Virus record (IMG/VR): IMGVR_UViG_3300036715_000213
Coordinates: 1 to 64,000 of that record
From: a virus
DNA length: 64,000 nucleotides
Strand: one strand, 5' to 3'
Part shown: positions 16,237 to 25,473 of the stretch, piece after piece
How positions within the stretch are numbered: the stretch's first letter is position 1
Layout of the letters: each line of letters opens with the position of its first letter
Notes under the pieces: model-generated
Databases searched by the model: none
The model's input: only the letters and a program-made list of their open reading frames with translations
What the model was told of the DNA's origin: nothing
Position numbers and translations under genes: made by a program

Positions 16237-16770
16237 TTAGACGTAGTCCTTATTAATTGTTTCTGACTTGAAATTTGCTAGGTTAATAGACAACGAAATA
16301 TTAGCGGAATTTAGTTTGTCTTTGTAATAGTGTGCTTCTTCAACACTCATATTGTATCTTAGTGTAACATGCGGTCTGTACTCTGGAAAAGAGTGTTGCA
16401 TACCCATAGACTTTAGGTATTCATGCATTCTGTTTAGAAGTGGATTCTGTAGTTCCATGACAATACAACTCTTAGCTTCGTCACGAACACCTTCTTCCGG
16501 AAGCGAATCGAAGCATTCAAAATGTACGACTTCAGCTTTTATCTCTCTTGGAAACATAGAAGTGATATTAGCCATTGCTTTGTCTGGATTAACACTACTA
16601 TCAGTACTGTACATGAGGGTACAGTGATAATCGCCATTTGGTGGCGCTTTTCCAGACACTGGTTCTTGCATGCCTATTCTAGCGAAAAACGCGCCAAGAT
16701 CCTCCGAATCTATGCAGACATAGTTGCCTTTTCCAGTAGTTTCTATCAAATAATCCTTAAAAGTCTTCAT
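16237..16770 (-). CDS. 2H phosphoesterase, gp57B/Acb1-like (anti-CBASS candidate)
   Basis: Two HxT motifs, YHCTLMYS and YRPHVTL; G.YV N-terminus. An alternative start lies at 16806. Confidence 0.82.
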   Translation of the reverse strand: MKTFKDYLIETTGKGNYVCIDSEDLGAFFARIGMQEPVSGKAPPNGDYHCTLMYSTDSSVNPDKAMANITSMFPREIKAEVVHFECFDSLPEEGVRDEAKSCIVMELQNPLLNRMHEYLKSMGMQHSFPEYRPHVTLRYNMSVEEAHYYKDKLNSANISLSINLANFKSETINKDYV

Positions 16771-16818
16771 GATTTTATCCAGTATATTTTTAATGGTTTT
16801 GTACATAATTTTATCCAG

Positions 16819-16826
16819 TATTTAGC
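16819..16826 (-). promoter_or_regulatory. late promoter GCTAAATA
   Basis: Just downstream of the gp23 terminator. Confidence 0.6.
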
Positions 16827-16830
16827 CATG

Positions 16831-16859
16831 AAAAAGCCCAGCGGTTAAACTGGGCTTTT
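16831..16859 (-). terminator. rho-independent terminator after gp23
   Basis: AAAAGCCCAG-TTTAACCG-CTGGGCTTTTT. Confidence 0.85.
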
Positions 16860-16888
16860 GAAACTTAGTTAACTAAGTTAGTGGAAAC

Positions 16889-18157
16889 TTACATCAAATT
16901 CGCGACGGTCACCTTACGAAAATAAATGTTCTGACCAGATGCCAGCGATGTGAATGGGTTAGCTACGAAACCGTAACGTGTACGGAACGCAATCTTTGGC
17001 TGGAACGTAGCTGGGTCAACAGCACGGTACAGTTGCAATGGAACGTATGGGCAGTAGAATGCACCAGCGTCAAAGCTGCTTGTACCCTTGTAACCAACCA
17101 TCAGGAACTGAGAAGCAGTTTGGTTAGCAGCGAACGGATCCACATAAACCTTGTACTTACCATTCAACACACCAGCGAAAGTGCTGGAAGCTTCATCAAC
17201 GTTTAACTTAGTCGACAGTGCTGGAGCGTAGTCCAGAACACCAGCCATGCTCAGTGCGCTTGCAACGTCTGCAGAGCAAACGATGAAGTTACCACGACCA
17301 CGACGTGTTTGTTGATAAATCGCATTAGCTTCACGCTCGATTTGGAACAACAGACCCTTGAACTTTTCAACAGACCAACGACCGTTAGAGTCAACGTCCA
17401 AGTCGAAAGTACCAGCAGTAGCTGTACCAACTTGAGCACCTGGCTTAGCAGCACTGTAAACAGTACGGATAACTTCACGGTTGATTTCGTTCAAGATTTC
17501 TTGAGACAAAATGTTGCTCAGTTCAGCTTCAGCATCCAGACCGTGTACAGCCTTCAAGTCTTGAGCCAATTCAACGCTGTACTCTGCCTTCAACGCACGG
17601 CTTTGGGCTGTAACGGAAGTCTTTTCAATGCTGAATGCCATTTCACCGAAGTTAGTTGGCGATGCACCGGAACCTGTTTGAGTTTCAGCTGTTGCTGTTG
17701 AGTAAGCTGTACCAGTTGTAGCACCAGGACCTGCTGGGCCCATTGTACCGTCAGCGTGTGTACCTGTACCAGAGAAGTCAGTGTCTGCTTCGTTGAACAA
17801 CGCTTCAGTACCACCTTGTGTACCATACTTGCTCTTCATAGCAAAGATCAGGCCAGTTGGCTGAGTCATTGGCTGAACACCACACATGTCATATGCAATC
17901 ATTGCTGGCATTGCACGACGTACCAAGCTAATCAACACTGGGTCGAACTTAGCTACACCACCTGTATCAGGCATTGCACCAGCGGAGTTGGTTGGAGCAG
18001 CTTCGAACAGTGCTTGACGTTCGTCACGGTTAGCAATTTCTTGGTTCTCCAGCAAAACTGCTGTAACTTCACGGCGGTGTTGCTCAGTAATAGGAGCTGC
18101 GCCTTCGGCATCCAGAACTGGAGCCCACTTTTTAACTAGATCTGCACGAGATGTCAT
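16889..18157 (-). CDS. gp23: major capsid protein
   Basis: KKWAPVL, FDPVLISLVRRAMP, GVQPMT.PTGLIFAM, SRALKAEYS.ELAQDLKAVHGLDAE, FYCPYVPL; true start MTSR after AAGGA. Confidence 0.98.
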   Translation of the reverse strand: MTSRADLVKKWAPVLDAEGAAPITEQHRREVTAVLLENQEIANRDERQALFEAAPTNSAGAMPDTGGVAKFDPVLISLVRRAMPAMIAYDMCGVQPMTQPTGLIFAMKSKYGTQGGTEALFNEADTDFSGTGTHADGTMGPAGPGATTGTAYSTATAETQTGSGASPTNFGEMAFSIEKTSVTAQSRALKAEYSVELAQDLKAVHGLDAEAELSNILSQEILNEINREVIRTVYSAAKPGAQVGTATAGTFDLDVDSNGRWSVEKFKGLLFQIEREANAIYQQTRRGRGNFIVCSADVASALSMAGVLDYAPALSTKLNVDEASSTFAGVLNGKYKVYVDPFAANQTASQFLMVGYKGTSSFDAGAFYCPYVPLQLYRAVDPATFQPKIAFRTRYGFVANPFTSLASGQNIYFRKVTVANLM

Positions 18158-18188
18158 TTTATTTTCCTTTGTTGTTTTAGTTGACAGA

Positions 18189-19223
18189 TTACTTAATAGC
18201 CTTAACGTACTGTGCCATCGCTGGGTCAATACGCTTAACTTCTTCATTCAATGAACCTACTGGAGCGTTCGAATCTTGTGTAACGTCTTCAGTTAGTTCC
18301 TTAACTTCCTTCTTTGAACCTTTGTTAGAAACATAGTTCTCAGCAATTACTGCTAGCTTCTTAGTAAAAGATTCTTCATCGTCGAACTGAATTTCTTCAG
18401 ACAATAGTGCAAACTTTTCAGCATCGATATCAGTCATACCATTGGTAGCTTCGTCGATAGCGGTCTGCTTTGCATACTGCTTAATTATCTTGTTCAGTTC
18501 AATATTTTGAGCAACTTGCTCATCAAGAGTTTCTTCAATTGCTTCGACTTTTTCTTGCAGAGATTCTACAAGACTAAATTCGTCATCTGGAAGATTAATG
18601 TTGTGCTCAACGAACACGTCTTTCATCTTATCAATGAAGCTTTCAAAGATTTCAGCTTTGATGCCACGCTCAAGGGCGATTTCATTATTTTTCATCCATT
18701 GCTCGACGATGAAGTCGAGGTATCCATCAACTTTTTCAACTAACCCCTCTTTTAGTTCTTCGGACTCAGTTAGAGCACGGAGAGCCAATTCTTCTTCCAG
18801 TGATTCCTGAATTTGGGAAACACGAGCGGAAACTGCTGCTTCAAAAATTGTAGTAGCTTTTTCCTTAAATTCTTCTGTAAGTTCAACACCGTCGAATAGT
18901 GAGCCCAAATCAATAGCTTCCTTAACAGTGCCTGGCTTCATCTTAGGTTGTGGATCTTGTCCGCCAGCCTTACGCTTAATCTTTGCATTCTTAGTAGCAA
19001 CATCATCAGTTGTCTGATCAGTAGCTGCTTGAGACTGATTTGGATCAGTAGCTTCCTTAACGTCCTTCTTAGACTTAGTTTCGTCTTCCGAACCGTCTTC
19101 GATTTCGTCATCGCAACAATCGTCAGAATCGTCAGAATCGTCAGAATCTATATCCGACTTCTTGCTTGCTTTTAGAGCCATTGCAGCTTCCTGCAATGCT
19201 TTGATCTTATCTTCTAGTGCCAT
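18189..19223 (-). CDS. gp22: prohead core scaffold protein
   Basis: LTEEFKEKATTIFEAAV, VDGYLD...EQWM..NEIALE.GIK; acidic coiled coil. Confidence 0.95.
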   Translation of the reverse strand: MALEDKIKALQEAAMALKASKKSDIDSDDSDDSDDCCDDEIEDGSEDETKSKKDVKEATDPNQSQAATDQTTDDVATKNAKIKRKAGGQDPQPKMKPGTVKEAIDLGSLFDGVELTEEFKEKATTIFEAAVSARVSQIQESLEEELALRALTESEELKEGLVEKVDGYLDFIVEQWMKNNEIALERGIKAEIFESFIDKMKDVFVEHNINLPDDEFSLVESLQEKVEAIEETLDEQVAQNIELNKIIKQYAKQTAIDEATNGMTDIDAEKFALLSEEIQFDDEESFTKKLAVIAENYVSNKGSKKEVKELTEDVTQDSNAPVGSLNEEVKRIDPAMAQYVKAIK

Positions 19224-19241
19224 TTGGGAACTCCTTATTAT

Positions 19242-19249
19242 TATTTAGT
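19242..19249 (-). promoter_or_regulatory. late promoter ACTAAATA (gp22-gp23)
   Basis: Intergenic consensus match. Confidence 0.7.
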
Positions 19250-19260
19250 AGATTTTGTCT

Positions 19261-19917
19261 TTAACTCTTGATGGTCTTCAAGAACTTTTGAAACTGGCGA
19301 ATTGCCGTTTCTTCTAGTTGCTTCTTAGAGGCAGTATGAATTGCCTTCTTTGCTGCTTCAATTTCACGTTCTTCGTAACGTCCATCAATGTAAACCCAAT
19401 CACGGCTTTCGTTAATAGCATTAACCCAGCAATCAATACCACTTGGGTCTGATACTGCGTCAATAGCCATCATTGCAAAGTCGTCCTTCACGTAAGTAGT
19501 ACCAGCGCGTTCCTCAATGGAACCCAAACCACGTGTTGAAACACCCATTTGCACACCACCCTCAAGAAGTCCTTTTAGAACATTACCTTGTGGTGTGTTG
19601 AGTACTTTTGCTTTACCGTAAACGTCGTTGCCTTCGCAACGTAGTGTAGTAATCAAGTGTGATGCAAGTTCTGGTTTAACAGTTGGACGCGACTCTGGGT
19701 GACTTAGTTCCCCCAAAGCACGGCGATTATTAACAAACTCGTTAACATACTTGTTGACTGCATTTTCCATGATATCTCTTGGATAAATGCGTCCGTTGCG
19801 ATTCTTTTTCTCTGCTTGTGCAAAGATACCTTCAATGAACAGTGTCTTGCTATCACCAGTACCTTCGGTAATAATCTGCACATTATTAAAGTCGATTGAT
19901 TCTCTAAGGAATTTCAT
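19261..19917 (-). CDS. gp21: prohead protease
   Basis: IEGIF.QA..KNRNGRIYP, ALGEL.HP, GVSTRGLGS, DAVSDPS. Confidence 0.97.
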   Translation of the reverse strand: MKFLRESIDFNNVQIITEGTGDSKTLFIEGIFAQAEKKNRNGRIYPRDIMENAVNKYVNEFVNNRRALGELSHPESRPTVKPELASHLITTLRCEGNDVYGKAKVLNTPQGNVLKGLLEGGVQMGVSTRGLGSIEERAGTTYVKDDFAMMAIDAVSDPSGIDCWVNAINESRDWVYIDGRYEEREIEAAKKAIHTASKKQLEETAIRQFQKFLKTIKS

Positions 19918-19918
19918 T

Positions 19919-20329
19919 TTAGCTTCCTACCACTGCTGGGTTATCGTAAGAACCAAACTTCTCTGGCTCAACTGAACTAATATATCCAGACTTACGCAAT
20001 GTTACATATAGTTGAGCTGTACCAACGGATGTTACAACAAGGTCTGAACCTGATCCGATGTTATCAGCAAAACCGCCGTTACCACCAAAGTCCAGTTGAC
20101 CGTTTTGATATAGTTGAAGAATCTGCGTACCGCCGCGAGTAATAGTTACTTGATCAGAAGCTCCTGGACTATTTGCCCATGCAACAAAAACAATCGTTGC
20201 ATCTGGTGTGCCACCAATTTGTGTAGCAAGACGCAAAGCTGTGTTCAGCGTTAGCGTATCATTAAGTGTTATACCAGCAAACTTAACTACTGCCAAGTTA
20301 TGGGTATTTTTAAGGATTGAGATTGCCAT
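19919..20329 (-). CDS. virion/head-associated hypothetical protein
   Basis: Between gp20 and gp21; ends LRK.GY...E...FGSYDNP..VGS. Confidence 0.7.
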   Translation of the reverse strand: MAISILKNTHNLAVVKFAGITLNDTLTLNTALRLATQIGGTPDATIVFVAWANSPGASDQVTITRGGTQILQLYQNGQLDFGGNGGFADNIGSGSDLVVTSVGTAQLYVTLRKSGYISSVEPEKFGSYDNPAVVGS

Positions 20330-20338
20330 TTTATACTC

Positions 20339-20917
20339 TTACTTGGTAGACTTTGGTTTACGGTCATCAGCTGAGTTACGGCGCCCTGCGCGGGGATCGT
20401 ATGCAGAATCCTTAGGAGCATCCGGCACTGTCTTTGCAGAGAGTACATTACCATCCTTATCCTTCTTTACTGAACCAGGAACAACGGCTTCTTCAACGGC
20501 TTCTTCTTGTACGCTGAACAAGTTAGATGCAATTTCAATACGGTGATTGTCAATAGCTACAGATAACTTATTAGACATGATTTCGTTAAACGAAGCGTCA
20601 ATATCAAGTGTCTTACCAGCAGAGATTGCATCAATGAGTTCTCTAACTTCTTCTGTCAAAGTAAACTCTTCTTTAATGATGGAGTGTGTATCTGCTCCAC
20701 CCATCTTTGCTCGAGCGCGAACTGCGTCAGGGGCATTAGCGTGAGTAGACATGATCTTACCAGTAGTCTTGTTCTTTACGTGGTACTTGGACTTCTTTGC
20801 GACTATAGGAGCATTTGAGTGTTGTGATACAAACTCACGCTCCGCTGCGTACCCCATTGCTGCAGCACTAGCTTCGTTGATTTCCTCTTCAGTTAGTTCG
20901 ATTAAATTCTTTGCCAT
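20339..20917 (-). CDS. prohead core-like protein (gp67-like segment)
   Basis: LIDAI..G....F..IM..K..AI...R.EIA..LF; position after the portal gene. Confidence 0.6.
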   Translation of the reverse strand: MAKNLIELTEEEINEASAAAMGYAAEREFVSQHSNAPIVAKKSKYHVKNKTTGKIMSTHANAPDAVRARAKMGGADTHSIIKEEFTLTEEVRELIDAISAGKTLDIDASFNEIMSNKLSVAIDNHRIEIASNLFSVQEEAVEEAVVPGSVKKDKDGNVLSAKTVPDAPKDSAYDPRAGRRNSADDRKPKSTK

Positions 20918-20918
20918 T

Positions 20919-22637
20919 TTATTTTCCTGCCTTAGGTTTAGTTGGTGTTGGCTTCTTCATCTTATTTATACGTTCGCCATGCACTTCATCATTCTGGTCA
21001 AGCTTCTGTTGGTGCAACTCATCGCTTTGTTGCATCTCTTGGTCTTGGGCTTCTTGATCTTGTGCCATTTGATCTTGTTGCATTTGCAGCGCATCAACTG
21101 GATTACCATCAGCGTCAACTGTTGGTGTACCTGGAATAACTGGGTTAGCAGCAATACCTTCTTCAGCGATTTCCTCGGCAATTTCATCAATCTCTTCTTC
21201 GGTCATATTAAGGACATTACGTTGAATCCATGCCTTCGAGAAATACTTACCGGAGTACTGATCAACTTGTGCCAAAGCCCCGATCTTATTCTGTAGGATT
21301 TCCAAGTTCTTCAGTTCAGCAAAGTGATTGTCTTGGATAAAGTCGTAGCGGAGTTTTAACTTGATAGAATCCCAGTCTTGGAGACTAATAATGCCCTTTG
21401 CTACTAACTGTACCTTCAACAAATCGGTGAACAAGCTAGAGAACTTCATACGAAGCTTTCCAATAAACTTGCTAAACTTCAACTCGTCGCGAGTGATAGT
21501 CTGAGACTGTCCGAGTGTAAATCCGGATTCTTCTTTAGTGCGACTGTTTGGGACGTTCAACGATTGTTGAAGTTTCTTCTTGAAATACTCCAAGTCGTCA
21601 AGCTGGCTCATGTTTTGAGCGCCAGCTAATGTAGTAATTTCCGTACCCTTACCGCCTTCGCGACGTGGCATCCAGAAGTCTTCCATCATGGACATATGAC
21701 GTTTGCTGTCCGCAACTTCACCAGTGTGAGCATCATAAACAAGTTTGTTCTTAAACTTGTTCATCATGTCAGTAACGTATTGCTCAGCTTTGTGCTTTGG
21801 CAAGTTACCAACGTCAATGTAGAAAATACGACGTTCCGGGGCGCGAGTTAAACGATAGATAACTACCGCGTCCTCGATCATCCGGAGTTGGTTAGCTGGC
21901 TTGACCGCTTTGTCTAGGTGACCAACAACCATACCGTTATTGCCGTCAATGTTACCAGATGTACAGAGAACAACTGAATCCAAGGACATTTTAATACCTT
22001 GGATGTTTTGCTCTGTAATGCCCTTTTCATTGTAGATGTAATACTCGTCAATGGAGATAACAATGTCCAGACCTTGCTGGTTCTTACCTTTGTTGATTTG
22101 TTTTACACGTTTAATCTTACGTGGATCAATTAGACGAATTTCAGCGATACCTTCTTTTGTATTCTCTTTCTCAAACAAGATGTGAGCATACAAACGTCCG
22201 TCAACATACCATTGACGGAAGATGTCGTGACCCTTTTCGTTAAAGTCCAATACATTAAGCAGATTTTGAAATTCCTCTTGGAACTTCTTCTTGATGCCTG
22301 AAGGCGCTTGTAGTAGATCCAGTTGTAATTTAACTGGAAAGTCTTCTTGGTCAGTAACGATTGCTTCGTTAACGATATCCTCAATAGCCGAGTCAACCTC
22401 TTGAAATTTCGCAACGTTGCGATAGCGAGAGATTAACTCGTTTTCAGTCTTGACTTGGCCTTCAATATCAAACGTTAAACCATAATGTTGACCCATACTG
22501 CCCGTAGCAGTATCGACAACAATTGCGCCATTATCGCTCTGGGGAGCAATTATTGACGGTATTTGTTCTTGGTCACTAGTCTTTCGTTTAAACTGAAAGC
22601 CAAACAATTGTTGTAATAATGAATTAGCTGTTGACAT
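20919..22637 (-). CDS. gp20: portal protein
   Basis: EVDSAIEDIVNEAI, WYVDGR, RAPERRIFYIDVGNLPK.KAEQY, EDFWMPRREGGKGTEITTL. Confidence 0.98.
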   Translation of the reverse strand: MSTANSLLQQLFGFQFKRKTSDQEQIPSIIAPQSDNGAIVVDTATGSMGQHYGLTFDIEGQVKTENELISRYRNVAKFQEVDSAIEDIVNEAIVTDQEDFPVKLQLDLLQAPSGIKKKFQEEFQNLLNVLDFNEKGHDIFRQWYVDGRLYAHILFEKENTKEGIAEIRLIDPRKIKRVKQINKGKNQQGLDIVISIDEYYIYNEKGITEQNIQGIKMSLDSVVLCTSGNIDGNNGMVVGHLDKAVKPANQLRMIEDAVVIYRLTRAPERRIFYIDVGNLPKHKAEQYVTDMMNKFKNKLVYDAHTGEVADSKRHMSMMEDFWMPRREGGKGTEITTLAGAQNMSQLDDLEYFKKKLQQSLNVPNSRTKEESGFTLGQSQTITRDELKFSKFIGKLRMKFSSLFTDLLKVQLVAKGIISLQDWDSIKLKLRYDFIQDNHFAELKNLEILQNKIGALAQVDQYSGKYFSKAWIQRNVLNMTEEEIDEIAEEIAEEGIAANPVIPGTPTVDADGNPVDALQMQQDQMAQDQEAQDQEMQQSDELHQQKLDQNDEVHGERINKMKKPTPTKPKAGK

Positions 22638-22644
22638 TTAAGCC

Positions 22645-23190
22645 TTAAGCGATTTGAGCGCCTGCGGCACCTTCTGATAAGAAATAGTTGTAGTCAAACG
22701 TTACAGAGAAAGTACCGATCTGATTGTTTGTCTCCCAATCCAATGCAATGTTACCAACTTCAGTTGGGAATGCATCAATAAATGTATAAGTCTTAACAAC
22801 ACGGTCGTTACGGTCCAGCGCGCTAACTTGCAAATCTGCTTGATATACTGAAGGAAGCAAAGCACCACCAGTTGTAGCAGCATTTTGCATTGTGTCGATC
22901 CATGCTTCAAAAGCATTACGAACCACAAAGTCAGTGTCAGTGTAAACTTCGATTGTCCATGGTTGGAATTCACGTTCACCAGCAAACTTGACTGGACGTC
23001 CACGAAACGCAACTTGAATTGGAGATAAGCTGGAAGCTGGTAGAGAAGAAGACTTAGCTAAGAACTGAGTCTTTTGTCCAGCAAGCGCCCCACCCGGGAT
23101 TGCACTTGGGAATACGATTGAGCATTGGAACTGATTTGGGCGGAATCCACCAGAAATCATTTGTGCTTTGAAATCACTAATACTTGACAT
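22645..23190 (-). CDS. gp19: tail tube protein
   Basis: GG.RPN.F, LPAS, FRGR..K.AG.R.F..WT, D.DF..R.AFE.W, FPT.V..I.L.W. Confidence 0.96.
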   Translation of the reverse strand: MSSISDFKAQMISGGFRPNQFQCSIVFPSAIPGGALAGQKTQFLAKSSSLPASSLSPIQVAFRGRPVKFAGEREFQPWTIEVYTDTDFVVRNAFEAWIDTMQNAATTGGALLPSVYQADLQVSALDRNDRVVKTYTFIDAFPTEVGNIALDWETNNQIGTFSVTFDYNYFLSEGAAGAQIA

Positions 23191-23214
23191 TTTTATTATC
23201 CTTATTGGTTGAAT

Positions 23215-23222
23215 TATTTATG
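23215..23222 (-). promoter_or_regulatory. late promoter CATAAATA (gp19), preceded by a hairpin
   Basis: Consensus match in the gp18-gp19 intergenic region. Confidence 0.65.
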
Positions 23223-23242
23223 AGGCATCTCAGCCCCATTAA

Positions 23243-25411
23243 TTATGCGTTTGCTTTACCCGCAATTTCAGTAAAAGCTACACCAGTACGAGTAGCGATG
23301 AAATTCAACTGAATAAAGTTGATCGAACGGTTTGGCTTTAAGTAAATATCAGCTACAAAACGGTTTGTATCAATAACTTCACCGGTGTTGTTTGATTCGT
23401 CGCAAACAACCAAGAAGTCTGTCAAACCACGACGTCCACGTACATCACGCAAAAACGGTGTTACCATACCTACGAACTGTGCACGTGTAAATCCATCGTT
23501 AAACTCAAACAATTGGAACTTGGATGCAGTAGCGATTGCCTTTTCCAGCACAATAAACAAACGGCGTACATTAATACGATCGAATGCACTTGGCTTAGCC
23601 AAGGCTGTCTTGTCACCGTACAGAACAACACCTTGTCCTGGGAATGCTACAACAGGGTTAATACCGCTCTTGTACAGGTTATCACGGTCAGTACGCTTTG
23701 GAGAGAAAGCCAACTTAACAGTGTTCTTAATCTGACCGCGGTTGAAACCAGCTGGAGAGAACCAAGGATCATCAGTGTTGTCAGTACGAGCGCACAAACC
23801 AGCAACATCACCATTTAATGGAACCCAACGGTATTGGTCATTATACTTGTCGTATTGGTATTTGTAACCGCTATCAATAACACCGTATGAACTAGATGTA
23901 ATCAGTGCGCGATATGCAAGGATTGCAGTAGTAATGCTGCTATCGTTACCAATCAGTGGAGCTCCTGATGTAATGTTCTGTGGAGACACAAAAGCGATAC
24001 AGTCCTTACGAACTTCTGCAATGTTCTGGATAACATAGTTAGCCAAAGTTGCATCTGCTGGACCAACAGCAATCAGGTTAACGTCATACTGCTCGTCATT
24101 GTTGAACAAGTCAAATGCCAGCATCTTTTGTGCGTTAGTTGATGTGAAGTGGTCAACACCAGCAACCAAATCGTTCGTAACTGCGCCAGCAGCCTTGAAA
24201 CCTGCGGCTGTAACTGCTACGGCTGCATTAGCTGCCAAAGTAACCGCAGTTGCGCTTGTGAATGTCGCCACAGTACCAATCAAGGCACCTGTAAGATTGT
24301 ACAGCTTACGACCTACATCAGATGATGCGAATGCTGTACCAACACCAGTAATAGTTGCTGCACTAGTTGTGCAAGTAATTGTACCAGTTTGTGCGGTAAT
24401 CAGCGACTTGTATGTACCAGCAACAAGGTCAGTACTCCAACTCAATTCGCCAACTACAGCAGTCAATTGAACTGTATCATCAGTCCACAAAACATACTTG
24501 GAATTGTTGTTAATCACGTTTTTGTAGTAAGCCGATGTACCGTCTTCCTTACGTGTATTAGCCGCCTTGGAAATATATGGGTAAATTTCCAGAATACCAC
24601 CAGCGGTACCAGTCCAGCGACCAGCTTGGTCAATAACTACAACGTGCATTTCGTCGTTAGATGCGCCAACTTGTGCTGCGTCCGTAGATGTACCAGGAGC
24701 ACCGCTAAACAGATCTTTGTAGGCCCATGTAGCGTAAGAACTTGCGTCTGCCATCGAAACACGTAGCGAGTTACCAAGAGTACCTGGATACTTTGCAGCC
24801 CACTCACCAATAACGCCTTGACCACTGCTATAATTATTCGCATAATCAGAGTCGTTGTTAATCTTAATACCGCCTTGAGCGGTTACAACAGTACCGATAA
24901 CGGCAGGAGTTGTGTTTGTACCAGAAACAGTAACTACTGGAACTGTATCGTAACCAGTACCAGCGTTAGTGATAACGATACCAGTAATAATACCGCTAGC
25001 AACAGTAGCAGTAGCAGTAGCTTGAATACCACCGGTAGTTGTTGGGGCTGGAATATTAACTGTTACAGTACCAACGTAAACTGTACCACCGGAAGTTACT
25101 GGAATAGATGTGATAGAACCAGTAGTGTTGGAAACTGCATTACGCTGGTTAGTAGTATCGCTACGAACAACCAACAGGTTATTAGAATAAGCTAGAAAGT
25201 TTGCTGCATTAATCCATCCAGCTGCATTAGATGCGTTTGGCTTACCAAAACGGCTTGCGAGTGTATTTTCCGACTCAACTGTGGTAACGTCCATAACTGG
25301 ACCCCATGCTGCATCAATAACGGCGGCACCCACCGATGTTGAAACTGCTGGGATTACGTTGGTTAGGTCCTTTTCAGATACTGTAACTGATGGAGAAAGT
25401 GCGATTGCCAT
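23243..25411 (-). CDS. gp18: tail sheath protein
   Basis: LSP.V.V.E.DLT, RKDCIAFVSP, PWFSPAGFNRG, SAFDRINVRRLF, KPNRSINFI.LNF.ATRTG. Confidence 0.98.
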   Translation of the reverse strand: MAIALSPSVTVSEKDLTNVIPAVSTSVGAAVIDAAWGPVMDVTTVESENTLASRFGKPNASNAAGWINAANFLAYSNNLLVVRSDTTNQRNAVSNTTGSITSIPVTSGGTVYVGTVTVNIPAPTTTGGIQATATATVASGIITGIVITNAGTGYDTVPVVTVSGTNTTPAVIGTVVTAQGGIKINNDSDYANNYSSGQGVIGEWAAKYPGTLGNSLRVSMADASSYATWAYKDLFSGAPGTSTDAAQVGASNDEMHVVVIDQAGRWTGTAGGILEIYPYISKAANTRKEDGTSAYYKNVINNNSKYVLWTDDTVQLTAVVGELSWSTDLVAGTYKSLITAQTGTITCTTSAATITGVGTAFASSDVGRKLYNLTGALIGTVATFTSATAVTLAANAAVAVTAAGFKAAGAVTNDLVAGVDHFTSTNAQKMLAFDLFNNDEQYDVNLIAVGPADATLANYVIQNIAEVRKDCIAFVSPQNITSGAPLIGNDSSITTAILAYRALITSSSYGVIDSGYKYQYDKYNDQYRWVPLNGDVAGLCARTDNTDDPWFSPAGFNRGQIKNTVKLAFSPKRTDRDNLYKSGINPVVAFPGQGVVLYGDKTALAKPSAFDRINVRRLFIVLEKAIATASKFQLFEFNDGFTRAQFVGMVTPFLRDVRGRRGLTDFLVVCDESNNTGEVIDTNRFVADIYLKPNRSINFIQLNFIATRTGVAFTEIAGKANA

Positions 25412-25453
25412 TGATGTTCCTTATTATGAAATTATTATTTGGTGTCACTGATG

Positions 25454-25461
25454 TATTTAGT
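25454..25461 (-). promoter_or_regulatory. late promoter ACTAAATA (gp18)
   Basis: Intergenic consensus match. Confidence 0.7.
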
Positions 25462-25473
25462 GAAATTATAGTT

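Noticed and set aside
18158-18247. 30-aa N-terminal extension of gp23 in the ORF track
   Set aside because: It overlaps the gp22 end; the SD and homology support a start at 18157.
19121-19148. 9-bp tandem repeat (CGTCAGAAT x3) in gp22
   Set aside because: It simply encodes a low-complexity DSD linker in the scaffold N-terminus.
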